In this document: in pieces, positions 31,246 through 40,956 of the stretch
How the letters are laid out: every line of letters begins with the position of its first letter
How positions within the stretch are numbered: the stretch's first letter is position 1
IMG/VR virus record: IMGVR_UViG_3300008111_000001
DNA length: 64,000 nucleotides
Source of the DNA: a virus
Strand: one strand, 5' to 3'
Notes under the pieces: generated by a model
Databases searched by the model: none
Told to the model about the DNA's origin: nothing
What the model saw: only the letters and a program-made list of their open reading frames with translations
Position numbers and translations under genes: made by a program

Positions 31246-33386
31246 ACATAGCGAGTGTACAGAAGTTAAAGTTTTTGAATAATGTAAATAAATTACTTTA
31301 TTCATCAGGAACCAGACCAAGTGAAATAGAAATTAGAAAATTGTTTAATGACTATTTTTCTATTTATAAATTAGGGTATCCAATACCTATGGACTATGAT
31401 ATTTTTACAAGAAAAAATGTTTTTGATCACGAAGATTTAAACGAATTAATGATAAAAGCTTTATTCAATCTAGAAGTGGCTTATGATTGTACTACTGAAA
31501 ATAACTATCAGATGATGGAAACTATCACAGCGCTGAATAAAAGATTAGATAACCTTAAGTCAAAGCGTCGAGAATTAGAAGGAAAAGTTGATGAATTAAT
31601 TTTTTCTATAAATAATTCTGATGGATTTTTTTACTCATATCTAGAAAATTTTACATCAACTAAAAATATTGATTTAAATTTAACAGACGCTTTTGTGGAT
31701 ATTAAAGCTGGAAACGCAACTATACCAATTATTAATTCTGGCGTATTTGATATGATAACATCATCTTTAATTAATCCTTCTAGTGTGACATTGTCTGTGG
31801 ATCTTAATGGCATACAGGTTGTTACTCCTTCTGTAATATCTGGACTGGAAAACATCACCGATGGATTAACTGACACATATTGGTCGTATAGATATGAGTC
31901 CGCTGAATTAGGCGTAGCCAGTGCAGTGATAACTATACCAGTTAATTCTAATTATGTAATTTCTAAAATTGAAGGCACTGTGTTGGCTTCTTCCGGAGTT
32001 GGAATTGGAGTTTTGGCTAGACCGTTAAACACAGAAATGCCGGAACAAAATATAATTAAAGACACTAGATCTGATTATGATAGATTTTCTTTTAACCTAA
32101 ATCCATTAAACTACTCTAGTATTACTTTAATTTTATTTAAAACATTTCCTGATGAAATTTTAAATAATTCTGATAAACCATACATTTATGAGTTTGGTCT
32201 AAGAGATATTTACATTGGTTCCAAATACCACGATAGAAGAGCTACAGTTGTCTCTTCGCCAATATCAATACCTGAGGTAGACAATGGTCTTCTTTCTATA
32301 GAATCAGTAAGCTTAAACGTGCAACATCAGGTTGGGCCAGGTTATGATGTTGATTACTTTGTCGCAGCTGATGTTCCAAATGCAACTGGTATCGACTCGT
32401 TTAATTGGATAGCAATTGATCCGGAAAACTCTTTGTCTACTTCAAATCCTACGATTGCAAATTTGCAAACAACCAATAGAAATAGCAGATTAATTTACGA
32501 TGGAGCAGGGCAAGTTGGCGGCTTTGAATTAATTGATTTAAATTCCACTTCTGGAAATATTAACGAATTAAATCCAAATACAAATATATATTCTGGGAAA
32601 ACCGTTTATCGAGTCTGCAATGTTGGTGCGGAACAGATAAAACAACCTTTTATTCTAAATGGAATAAATTCAATAAGAAACTATGCGCTTCTTAGATCTT
32701 CTAGTTCTAATATCACAGAACAATATTATAAGTCTTTAAATATATGGACACAAAAGATTTCACAATCTTCATCTGATATCACTCAGACTAGCCCTATTGA
32801 AAATCAACTCAATGCAATAAATCCTGGTTTTAACGGTATATGTTCCGGATTGTTGGAGACCAGTCTTTCTGCAACAAGGGATAATACCGTAATACATACT
32901 GTGACTAAAAGTAGAGAAGATTTTACATTAGCCATATATTTAAATGATGTTTTAATCGCAGATCTTCCATCTGGTGTTTTGTCCAAAGACATTGAGTGGG
33001 ATTTTAAGACCGGAATTAATTATATTAAAGTAACGTATGATAAAAACTTTGAAGGCCTTATCACTTTCAATATAATGTCTGGAAGAAGACTGTCCGATTA
33101 TGGAACTGTATTTTTGGACTACTATTCATATCTTGATCCATACGAATTTAGGCAAAGAGTATCGCAATCAAATTACGTATTTACCGTGGATCAGGCATTT
33201 GGCGCACAGGAAATTTTGAGCTCTAGGCATTTAGCGGGTACATCTCAACTAGTCTATTATGGGGAGAATTCCAATATAGTTAAAGCAGTCAGGTATAGGG
33301 CTGACCTGTATAGAGATAAGAATCCATTGATTTCTCCAATAATAGATAATATAAGAATAAAATTTAGGCACAACGAAGAAGGATAA
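31242..33386 (+). CDS. Virion structural protein (paralog family)
   Basis: 714 aa; YLENFTSTKNIDL...AFVDIKAGNATIP...NITDGLTDTYW; ATGA overlap. Confidence 0.5.
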   Translation: MNIASVQKLKFLNNVNKLLYSSGTRPSEIEIRKLFNDYFSIYKLGYPIPMDYDIFTRKNVFDHEDLNELMIKALFNLEVAYDCTTENNYQMMETITALNKRLDNLKSKRRELEGKVDELIFSINNSDGFFYSYLENFTSTKNIDLNLTDAFVDIKAGNATIPIINSGVFDMITSSLINPSSVTLSVDLNGIQVVTPSVISGLENITDGLTDTYWSYRYESAELGVASAVITIPVNSNYVISKIEGTVLASSGVGIGVLARPLNTEMPEQNIIKDTRSDYDRFSFNLNPLNYSSITLILFKTFPDEILNNSDKPYIYEFGLRDIYIGSKYHDRRATVVSSPISIPEVDNGLLSIESVSLNVQHQVGPGYDVDYFVAADVPNATGIDSFNWIAIDPENSLSTSNPTIANLQTTNRNSRLIYDGAGQVGGFELIDLNSTSGNINELNPNTNIYSGKTVYRVCNVGAEQIKQPFILNGINSIRNYALLRSSSSNITEQYYKSLNIWTQKISQSSSDITQTSPIENQLNAINPGFNGICSGLLETSLSATRDNTVIHTVTKSREDFTLAIYLNDVLIADLPSGVLSKDIEWDFKTGINYIKVTYDKNFEGLITFNIMSGRRLSDYGTVFLDYYSYLDPYEFRQRVSQSNYVFTVDQAFGAQEILSSRHLAGTSQLVYYGENSNIVKAVRYRADLYRDKNPLISPIIDNIRIKFRHNEEG

Positions 33387-33387
33387 A

Positions 33388-33783
33388 ATGGCTATTAGCT
33401 ATAGAAATTCTAATAAAATAAATAGAATAATTGAACCGCTTTATCAGATTGATAGAGTTAAGTTCAAGTCACCTAGAAATAGTTTAATGGAAAATTTAGA
33501 AAGTAATTTATTGAAGATAGATTTTTCTAGAATACTAAACCATTTAAACGAAGTTGATAATTCTATTCTGGATAAGTTAAAATATTTTATTGGCGATATA
33601 ACAGATTATACGGAGCAGGCAAAGTTAGAAGATGGTATCTCGTATGACTTTCCAACTTTACAAAGATACATAGATGAAGCGAGCCCTTCATTGGAAACAT
33701 TGACAATAGATACTACTAATAAGTTAAGTGGAAAATTGTCTAGATTAATTAATAAAGTTTCTAGATTAGAAAACGGTGAATGA
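33388..33783 (+). CDS. Small helical structural-module protein
   Basis: 131 aa ORF tightly packed in the operon; SD GAAGG. Confidence 0.45.
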   Translation: MAISYRNSNKINRIIEPLYQIDRVKFKSPRNSLMENLESNLLKIDFSRILNHLNEVDNSILDKLKYFIGDITDYTEQAKLEDGISYDFPTLQRYIDEASPSLETLTIDTTNKLSGKLSRLINKVSRLENGE

Positions 33784-35038
33784 TATGACTGATGTATTAA
33801 AAACTAAAAAAAGAGACTATAAATATAACGGTCCAGTAGATAGCTCAGACTATAATGCCAGGATAGAAGAAAACTATCAAGACCTGGTTTATCTTTATAA
33901 TAGAGCAAATATTATAGATGCCCGACTTGCCACTGCTTTCGAGAGGGTTTTGAAGGATCACATATTTCTTGCAAACGCAATACAAGACTTGGTCGATAGG
34001 GTATCAGCTCTTGAATCAGCTTCTAATACCTTGTCAATATATTCCTTTTCACAGCTCGACTATGCAACTTTTGTTGGCACGAGTTTTTCTATTCCAGGGA
34101 CAGAATTATTAAGCTTTGATCCCATATATAATATCGTGACCCTACCTAGGGTTTCAAGTGGTTCGTTTTCTAAGCTAAAGTTTGGCCAATCTGGCGTTGG
34201 CCAAATAGTCCCAGACTACTTTAAAACCAGAATAGATATTTCATATGCCGGAGTAGATACCTCTGGAGCCGTAATAGATAGCACTCCAATATATAACTGC
34301 ATTCTAGACGCGCCCGATAAGGTTTGGAAAAGAACGGTAGTCTCAAATACAAACCCAACAACTGGCGCACAACTAATGCTGTATGTCCAAATACCTAATG
34401 ATGCTGTGGGCATCTTAAGATCCAATGTTATCAAACTAAATCCCTTCCCTGCCCTTGGCTGTGAGATATACTCAATTGAGTATACGACAGTTGATAATCC
34501 ATCTTTATCACCCGCAGATACTTGGATACCATTAAATAAAAATAGTTTCTATGACTCTGTGGCTTCAGCTGTAGGAAAAGTTGCCCCTGGTGGATGGTCA
34601 ACTCTTGGTTCTGATTCTATAAAAAATTCTGGTCCACTTTGCTTCCAGTTTCCAGAAACAAATATAACAGCCATAAGAATAAAAATGAATCAAAAAAATT
34701 ATCTAACAGAGGCCGGACAATACGTATACACATATGGTCTTTCTGATCTAGATGTTAAATATGAAAAGTATCTGCCAACAGGAAAGATGATCATAAAGTA
34801 TTCTGCTCCAGCTGGCGATGTAATAGAAGAAGTGACAAATGTCTCACCCAAGATATATAATGTAGCGGAAAGCCAACTAGACGAAGCGTTCAGTTACAGA
34901 ATTATATACGATGATGCAGGCACCTATAGCCTCACTAACCCCGGTGCCAATAACCATGTGTGGATAGAGGTTACCTTAAACCAGTTGGATGACAAAACTG
35001 CACCAGTTCTTTCTGATTTAATTATTGAATATATCTAA
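33776..35038 (+). CDS. Virion structural protein (shorter member of the paralog family)
   Basis: 420 aa; helical N-terminus (YNARIEENYQDLVYLY), then SFDPIYNIVTLP...NCILDAPDKVW. Confidence 0.5.
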   Translation: MNDMTDVLKTKKRDYKYNGPVDSSDYNARIEENYQDLVYLYNRANIIDARLATAFERVLKDHIFLANAIQDLVDRVSALESASNTLSIYSFSQLDYATFVGTSFSIPGTELLSFDPIYNIVTLPRVSSGSFSKLKFGQSGVGQIVPDYFKTRIDISYAGVDTSGAVIDSTPIYNCILDAPDKVWKRTVVSNTNPTTGAQLMLYVQIPNDAVGILRSNVIKLNPFPALGCEIYSIEYTTVDNPSLSPADTWIPLNKNSFYDSVASAVGKVAPGGWSTLGSDSIKNSGPLCFQFPETNITAIRIKMNQKNYLTEAGQYVYTYGLSDLDVKYEKYLPTGKMIIKYSAPAGDVIEEVTNVSPKIYNVAESQLDEAFSYRIIYDDAGTYSLTNPGANNHVWIEVTLNQLDDKTAPVLSDLIIEYI

Positions 35039-35045
35039 CTTAAAA

Positions 35046-35053
35046 TTACTATA
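35046..35053 (+). promoter_or_regulatory. TTACTATA candidate promoter element
   Basis: Intergenic, 31 nt before ATG 35085; the same octamer recurs at similar spacing at 60546, 61956 and 63284. Confidence 0.5.
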
Positions 35054-35084
35054 AGTATACGGATTTCTGACAAGGAGAAAATAA

Positions 35085-35717
35085 ATGGCTACTTTTTATG
35101 TAGGACCTAGACCAGTTTTAAAGGGTAGATCATCATCTGAGATGGTTAATCCATATACTACTATGACCGGAAAGTCTAAGGGTACTGGTACCTATTCTTT
35201 CTACCCACTTTACAGCACTAGTCACGTATTAGACGGTGCACCTGATAATCATTTTGCTCCCGGTACCGGTGAGTTTCCTGGCAATAGATTCCTTTCTCAG
35301 GTATTTAATGGAACTACACTTTACGTTCATCCACTTTCTGGTACCTTCCCTGATGGAAGTGCAACATATGATGGAGCTAGATTCAGGCCACTAGAATACA
35401 AGGGCCTTGCGGGAGCAAAAGCATTCCCATCAGACTTTGGCCACGCATCAAGAGCAGACAGAGAATATTCTCTATACAATAATTACATCTTTGACGGTGT
35501 AACATCTGCTAATATATTTGCCAATACCGGTCACGGACCGAGAACTGAAGCTGGAGGAGCTCCAGCTACATTTGGTTTATTCAAGCCAAGTGAATTCCAG
35601 GGTGTAACAAGCTCTGTTGTATTCACTTCTGGATATGGCCAAGCAAATACAACTGGAGACTATGGTCGTGAAAAAGTTCAAGAGTGGTACGGAGTCCCTT
35701 CGGCTAAAGCTCTCTGA
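35085..35717 (+). CDS. Gly/Thr/Ser/Phe-rich hypothetical protein, probably virion-associated
   Basis: 210 aa; strong SD AAGGAG; own upstream TTACTATA motif. Confidence 0.5.
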   Translation: MATFYVGPRPVLKGRSSSEMVNPYTTMTGKSKGTGTYSFYPLYSTSHVLDGAPDNHFAPGTGEFPGNRFLSQVFNGTTLYVHPLSGTFPDGSATYDGARFRPLEYKGLAGAKAFPSDFGHASRADREYSLYNNYIFDGVTSANIFANTGHGPRTEAGGAPATFGLFKPSEFQGVTSSVVFTSGYGQANTTGDYGREKVQEWYGVPSAKAL

Positions 35718-35982
35718 TGCCATAAGTGCTCCCCTAGTTCTTGAAAAACAAGAGCGAAAAAGCGGATTGACTGCTTGGGGTGCCTTAGCATTGGGAATTA
35801 TAGCATACGACGTATATGCTATAAAGTCTAAAAAGATTGAAACTTTAACTAGATCTTTTTGGAGATTAACTGAAAAACCATTAATAGGAATTATACCAGT
35901 AGGAGTGTGGTTAGGTTTAACTTTTCATCTTCTTATAGAGAAGTTGGTTAGAAAAAGTATTCTTAACAAAGGAGTTATATGA
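35662..35982 (+). CDS. Two-TM membrane protein next to the holin (start uncertain: 35662 or TTG 35767)
   Basis: AWGALALGIIAYDVYA...ETLTRSFW...GVWLGLTFHLL resembles small membrane proteins found near actinophage lysis genes. Confidence 0.55.
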   Translation: MVVKKFKSGTESLRLKLSDAISAPLVLEKQERKSGLTAWGALALGIIAYDVYAIKSKKIETLTRSFWRLTEKPLIGIIPVGVWLGLTFHLLIEKLVRKSILNKGVI

Positions 35983-36179
35983 CTAAATTACATAAAGATA
36001 TTATTGAAAGAGCAATCTGGACTGCAGTCCAGGCTTTTGTAGCTGTTTACACAGTTGGTGGAGTGGATGAATTAAAGTCCGCTGCAACGGCTGCGGTTGC
36101 AGCAGGGATCAGCGTTATCAAGGGCTTCGCTGCCACAAAAATTGGTAATGCAGAAAGTGCAGCAACTTTAAAAGGTTAA
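35979..36179 (+). CDS. Holin, r1t-like family
   Basis: 66 aa; DIIERAIWTAVQAFVAV...AAVAAGISVIKG matches the ERA-x-K/W-T-x-x-Q holin signature with two hydrophobic segments. Confidence 0.75.
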   Translation: MTKLHKDIIERAIWTAVQAFVAVYTVGGVDELKSAATAAVAAGISVIKGFAATKIGNAESAATLKG

Positions 36180-36205
36180 TTTAGTATTATATAGTGGCTG
36201 TGACG

Positions 36206-36214
36206 TGATATAAT
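36206..36214 (+). promoter_or_regulatory. Extended -10 promoter (TGnTATAAT) for the nucleotide-metabolism operon
   Basis: TGATATAAT in the intergenic gap after the holin. Confidence 0.55.
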
Positions 36215-36240
36215 GTATCTGTCAGAAGGCCAATAGAGTA

Positions 36241-36276
36241 ACGGCCCCGTCTGAAATTGACGGGGCTGTCTCTTTA
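36241..36276 (+). terminator. GC-rich hairpin (terminator or attenuator)
   Basis: ACGGCCCCGTC-TGAAATT-GACGGGGCTGT, 11-bp stem with one G-U pair, followed by a weak U-tract CTCTTTAT. Confidence 0.5.
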
Positions 36277-36331
36277 TACTGGCAAGTATATATGTTTAAA
36301 CCAATTTATGCGAGCTTATTTAGGATTAAGG

Positions 36332-37039
36332 ATGTCTATACAAGAGGTTCAAGAAGCAATAATAAACAAGTCTCTGCCGCTTTCTATTGCAGAAAAATAT
36401 TTGAAGCTATACGTTGCTGATGTTAGTTGGGAGCAGTCGATAAAAACTTTGTGGACTAATTCCGTTAACAAGCTGCGCAGTGAAGACTTAGCTAAGGAAC
36501 ATGTTAAAAAGGCAATTAGCTGTGCAACTATATTGCCGTTTACCGAAAACACAGCCATACCAGAACCTCCTACCAATCTATTATTTTGGTGCACTGGTTG
36601 GGCTCAGTTTAACAAGCACGACTGGTTTTCTATGTATGTTGATGTTCTTAAGGAAGACGTAAAAGTAGTTCAGCTTAGAAATCAGGCTATACAAATCGGC
36701 GTAATAGATCCCATAGATGTTTCTCCGATAACTAGACAAGCTTATAATTGGCTTTATCAGAAAACCGAAGAAAATGAAAATTGTTCACAAATTGATATGA
36801 ATGATTTGAAGATTAAATTTTCAAATTTGGTTAAAGCATATGGTGGAGCAGTTATTTGTAACATATTTATTAACCACAAATCAAATGTCGATAAAGTATT
36901 TAACTGGAGAAGCGGGTACTTTTTTGAAAAACAAATACACAAAGTTTATTCTATAGATCAAATAAAGAAGATAAAATTAGCAGAGTTAAATAAAACAAAC
37001 AATCAATATATTAAAAAGGTAGGAGTGCAAAATGTCTGA
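36332..37039 (+). CDS. Hypothetical protein (235 aa)
   Basis: ATG 36332 follows AAGG; the tracked start at 36257 lies inside the hairpin. Confidence 0.55.
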   Translation: MSIQEVQEAIINKSLPLSIAEKYLKLYVADVSWEQSIKTLWTNSVNKLRSEDLAKEHVKKAISCATILPFTENTAIPEPPTNLLFWCTGWAQFNKHDWFSMYVDVLKEDVKVVQLRNQAIQIGVIDPIDVSPITRQAYNWLYQKTEENENCSQIDMNDLKIKFSNLVKAYGGAVICNIFINHKSNVDKVFNWRSGYFFEKQIHKVYSIDQIKKIKLAELNKTNNQYIKKVGVQNV

Positions 37040-39089
37040 GGGTTCATCCGTGTTTACTTTTCGTTTAAGTGATGATTTCGTTGAAACATACAAGAAAGTT
37101 AAACCACCATTTGGTTATACAGATGCCGCTGGTAATTCTGTTGGAGAAATCACGTTCTTAAGAACGTATTCTAGAATGAAGGAAAGTGGAACCAAGGAAA
37201 CTTGGGTTGATGTGTGCGAACGAGTAATTAACGGAATGTACTCTTTACAAAAAGAACACTGCAAGAAGAACAGACTGCCATGGAATGATATAAAGGCTCA
37301 GGCATCAGCAAAAGAGGCTTTTGATAGACTGTTTAACTTGAAGTGGACACCTCCCGGTAGAGGCCTGTGGGTGATGGGGACCCCTATAGTCATGGTCCAA
37401 AGAAACTCTGCAGCGTTACAGAACTGCGCTTTTGTTAGTACGTCAGAAATGACAAAGGCCAATCCAGCTAAGCCATTTGGTTTTCTCATGGAAGCATCTA
37501 TGCTCGGCGTAGGAGTGGGGTTCGATGACAAGGGTGCGGATAAAGATTTTAATATACATGAACCAACTAGACCCATGGTGATTGATACCATTGAGGATTC
37601 TCGTGAGGGATGGGTTAATTCTGTCGTTTCCTTAATCAATTCATATTTAAAGCCTGACCAAAATCCTCTGGAATTTGACTACTCTTTGATCAGACCATTG
37701 GGTACTCCAATTAAAACTTTTGGCGGTACTGCAGCTGGTCCAGATCCTTTGATAAAGCTGCATAATCATATTAGAAAGATGTTTGATGGAAGAGCTGGGC
37801 AAAAGCTCACCAGAGTAGATATAGCCGATATTGGTAATACCATAGGTGTTTGTGTTGTATCTGGCAATGTTCGTAGATCAGCAGAGCTTTTAATCGGACG
37901 TTTGGATGACCAAGACTTTCTTAATCTAAAAAATTCTGAAAAGTTTCCAGAAAGAAATTCTTATTCCGCCGAATCTCCAGGTTGGGGGTGGATGTCCAAT
38001 AACTCGGTAGAAACATCGGTTGGCACAGATCTATCAAATATTGTTGATGGAATATCTAGAAATGGTGAGCCTGGCGTAATCTGGATGGATATGTCGAAAA
38101 AGTATGGTAGATTAGCTGATCCGCCAAACAACAAGGATCATCGTGTAGCAGGATATAACCCTTGCGCAGAGCAGTCCTTAGAGTCCTACGAATGCTGCAC
38201 CCTAGTTGAAACATACTTAAATAGACATGATTCACTAGAGGACTTTAGGAGAACGCTAAAGTTTGCTTACCTATATGCTAAGACAGTAACGCTTCTTCCA
38301 ACTCACTGGGAGGAAACAAACGCTATCATGCAAAGAAATCGTAGAATTGGCACATCTGTCTCCGGTGTTGCAAACTTTGCCGACAAATTAGGTCTCCCAG
38401 TACTAAGAGAGTGGCTAGATAGTGGATATCAAACTGTGCAGAGATATGATAATATCTATTCAGAATGGCTAGGTATACGTGAGTCCATTAAGACTACTAC
38501 CGTAAAGCCTTCTGGCACAGTATCAATTTTGGCGGGCGAGTCCCCTGGTGTTCATTGGACTCCTGGTGGCAAATACTTCCTAAGAGCAATTAGATTCGCA
38601 AATGATGATCCAATGTTGCCATTATTTAAGATGGCAAACTATAGAGTTGAACCAGCATCTGAGTCTCCAGATACCACATCTGTGGTGTTCTTTCCTATTA
38701 AGTCAGATGCTCGTAGATCTGAAAAAGATGTAACAATCTTTGAAAAGATGTCTTTGGCTGCAACAGCTCAAAGATATTGGTCTGACAATTCCGTTTCCGT
38801 GACTATATCATTTGACGCAGAAGAAGAGAAGCATCACGTTGGCACCGTATTGCATATGTATGACGGACAGCTGAAAACTGTATCATTCTTGCCTCAGGGT
38901 AATTTCACATACCCTCAAATGCCGTACACTCAAATAGAGCAAAATGATTACGATGAGTCTTCAAAAAATTTGTTGCCAATAGATCTAGATGGAATTTATG
39001 CTGGCCTAGCTGCTGATGCTATAGGAGAGCAGTATTGCACTACCGACTCGTGTGAAATTAAATTTATAAAAGACAACGCAAAGGTATGA
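37032..39089 (+). CDS. nrdJ: Class II (adenosylcobalamin-dependent) ribonucleotide reductase, monomeric RTPR type
   Basis: WTPPGRGLW, NCAF, NPCAEQSL, TTVKPSGTVS and a C-terminal YCTTDSC redox pair; no beta-subunit gene nearby. Confidence 0.93.
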   Translation: MSEGSSVFTFRLSDDFVETYKKVKPPFGYTDAAGNSVGEITFLRTYSRMKESGTKETWVDVCERVINGMYSLQKEHCKKNRLPWNDIKAQASAKEAFDRLFNLKWTPPGRGLWVMGTPIVMVQRNSAALQNCAFVSTSEMTKANPAKPFGFLMEASMLGVGVGFDDKGADKDFNIHEPTRPMVIDTIEDSREGWVNSVVSLINSYLKPDQNPLEFDYSLIRPLGTPIKTFGGTAAGPDPLIKLHNHIRKMFDGRAGQKLTRVDIADIGNTIGVCVVSGNVRRSAELLIGRLDDQDFLNLKNSEKFPERNSYSAESPGWGWMSNNSVETSVGTDLSNIVDGISRNGEPGVIWMDMSKKYGRLADPPNNKDHRVAGYNPCAEQSLESYECCTLVETYLNRHDSLEDFRRTLKFAYLYAKTVTLLPTHWEETNAIMQRNRRIGTSVSGVANFADKLGLPVLREWLDSGYQTVQRYDNIYSEWLGIRESIKTTTVKPSGTVSILAGESPGVHWTPGGKYFLRAIRFANDDPMLPLFKMANYRVEPASESPDTTSVVFFPIKSDARRSEKDVTIFEKMSLAATAQRYWSDNSVSVTISFDAEEEKHHVGTVLHMYDGQLKTVSFLPQGNFTYPQMPYTQIEQNDYDESSKNLLPIDLDGIYAGLAADAIGEQYCTTDSCEIKFIKDNAKV

Positions 39090-39090
39090 T

Positions 39091-39441
39091 ATGTCGGAAG
39101 ATCCTGATTTTGAAAAAAAGTTTTCTGAGATAATTAATTCAGAAGAGTTAAAAGATTTTTCTGAAAACTGTTTCAAAGATGGTCCATTAACAGTAAAAGA
39201 GCTTTTGCTAATGCAAAGATCTTTGATCGACGCCTTGAATAATATAGCGGAAATAATAGAGGGATTAAATAATGGTGAAAACGATTTAGTTCAACCTGGT
39301 AGTGAAGAGTTTGAAAAGTTAGGTTTACTGTATAGAATATCTGAAGATTTTAATGATTCTATAAGTGAAAATTTTGTTATTTTTACAATTGATGATGATG
39401 AAGATTTTGAAGAGGATGATTCTGAAAATGGAGAAAACTAG
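39091..39441 (+). CDS. Acidic hypothetical protein
   Basis: 116 aa with a D/E-rich tail, between nrdJ and thyX. Confidence 0.5.
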   Translation: MSEDPDFEKKFSEIINSEELKDFSENCFKDGPLTVKELLLMQRSLIDALNNIAEIIEGLNNGENDLVQPGSEEFEKLGLLYRISEDFNDSISENFVIFTIDDDEDFEEDDSENGEN

Positions 39442-40129
39442 TAATTTAATAGAAGTTTTAGATAAAGGCTATGTTAGACTCGTAGACGTTATGGGGTCTG
39501 ACCTCTCAGTGGTAAATGCTGCCAGAGCTTCATTTGCTAAAGAGTCTGAAGAAATGTCTGTTGCAGATGGACGATTGCTGCACTTTCTCGCCAGAGAAAA
39601 TCATATGTCTCCATTTAGGCATGCCTTTGCTACGTTTGAGTTTAAAGCTCCTTTAATGGTTGCTCGTCAGCATTGGAAGTATGTTGTTGGTGCAGATCAT
39701 ACGATGGACTCATGGAATGAGTCAAGTAGACGCTATATCACTATGGATCCTGAGTTTTATATTCCATCAAAAGATGATTGGAGATTAGCTCCGGATAATA
39801 GAAAGCAGGGTTCGGGTGGTCCGATAGACCCTTGGACAGGCGCAATTCTAACTCAACAATTACTAGATTACATAGAGCAAGGTGAATCCCATTACGCTAT
39901 GGCTATAAATTCTGGAGTAGCACCTGAGCAAGCAAGATTATTCTTGCCGGCTTATGGAATGTATGTAGTTTATCGGTGGTCTTGCAGTCTTCAGTCTATA
40001 GCTTTATTTCTCTCTCAGAGATTGGCCGAAGATTCACAAAAAGAAATACAACTATATGCTCAAGCCGTAAGAGACCTTATCATAGATAAGTTCCCAGTTT
40101 CTATACCACTACTTGTTGGTGAATTGTGA
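39428..40129 (+). CDS. thyX: FAD-dependent thymidylate synthase
   Basis: LDKGYVRLVDVMGSDLSVVNAARASF, HMSPFRH, RQHWKY...SWNESSRRY, APEQARLFLP, EIQLYA. ATG 39428 is preferred over the tracked 39365. Confidence 0.93.
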   Translation: MEKTSNLIEVLDKGYVRLVDVMGSDLSVVNAARASFAKESEEMSVADGRLLHFLARENHMSPFRHAFATFEFKAPLMVARQHWKYVVGADHTMDSWNESSRRYITMDPEFYIPSKDDWRLAPDNRKQGSGGPIDPWTGAILTQQLLDYIEQGESHYAMAINSGVAPEQARLFLPAYGMYVVYRWSCSLQSIALFLSQRLAEDSQKEIQLYAQAVRDLIIDKFPVSIPLLVGEL

Positions 40130-40299
40130 TACTTTTAGATCTTATTAAGTTAATAGTATTTTCATTTATCTTTAACTGGTGTATATCTTTGCAAATACTA
40201 CAGCAGTCTTTAGATTCCTCTAAAAAAAGACAAAAGATTACTGCAGTTATATTGAGTATGTTAGCTGGGGCTTTGGCTGGTGCTGTGCTAATATGGTAG
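40126..40299 (+). CDS. Small two-TM membrane protein (57 aa, not in ORF track)
   Basis: GTG overlaps the thyX stop; VILLDLIKLIVFSFIFNWCISLQIL...ITAVILSMLAGALAGAVLIW; its stop overlaps the next ATG. Confidence 0.55.
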   Translation: MILLDLIKLIVFSFIFNWCISLQILQQSLDSSKKRQKITAVILSMLAGALAGAVLIW

Positions 40300-40763
40300 T
40301 TGATTTTATATCAAGAAAAGATATTCAGTACATGAATTTATGTATGCAAATATCTAAAATATTTTCTACTTGTGGAAAAAAGAAATACGCAGCAATATTA
40401 GTTGATGATCTTGGACATGTGGTTGGGATGGGATATAATGGTGGCGCTAGCGGTCTGCTTCATTGTGAAGACGGTGGTTGTCCAAGATATATAGAAAATT
40501 CACCAAATGGTTCGATATATGATAATTGTATAGCAGTGCATGCAGAAGCTAACGCTCTGCTACATTCAGATTATTCTGCTAGGCCAAAAAAATTGTATGT
40601 AAATGGACCGCCATGTTTCTCTTGCGCTAAACTGATTGCAAATTCAACAGTTGAAACTGTATACTATGTTTGCGACACTGCATATGCTAATTGGCATGAG
40701 GTTAAGAATTTTCTAGAAAAGTGCTCAGTAAAAACTATAGAGGTAAAAAATGCCAGCTGCTAA
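40293..40763 (+). CDS. dCMP deaminase (ComEB-like)
   Basis: MGYNG, HAEANAL and PCFSCAKLI zinc-deaminase motifs. Confidence 0.9.
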   Translation: MVVDFISRKDIQYMNLCMQISKIFSTCGKKKYAAILVDDLGHVVGMGYNGGASGLLHCEDGGCPRYIENSPNGSIYDNCIAVHAEANALLHSDYSARPKKLYVNGPPCFSCAKLIANSTVETVYYVCDTAYANWHEVKNFLEKCSVKTIEVKNASC

Positions 40764-40956
40764 ACTAAACTACATATTGGTTTATAAAGAACACAGCCAA
40801 ATATATGGTTGTTCTTCAAAAAAGATTGCGATGGAAAGTCCACCGCCCGAGGGCTATTCGGTAGATGACAAAAATGTTTTTTTTATAACATTTGAGCCCG
40901 ATACCGATAGTATAAGCATACATAAAGTAAATAATCAGGAAGAAAGTAATGAGTAA
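40750..40956 (+). CDS. Hypothetical protein
   Basis: 68 aa; SD GAGG; overlaps both neighbours. Confidence 0.5.
   Translation: MPAAKLNYILVYKEHSQIYGCSSKKIAMESPPPEGYSVDDKNVFFITFEPDTDSISIHKVNNQEESNE

Noticed and set aside
35717-35725. ATG overlapping the stop of the 210-aa gene as start of the membrane protein
   Set aside because: It is out of frame (ATG CCA TAA), so the real start must be elsewhere (35662 or 35767).
2845-37639. Numerous 60-160 aa minus-strand ORFs opposite long structural and metabolic genes (e.g. 8055-8507, 11074-11562, 37298-37639)
   Set aside because: They are antisense shadows fully overlapped by well-supported + strand genes and show no domain signatures.
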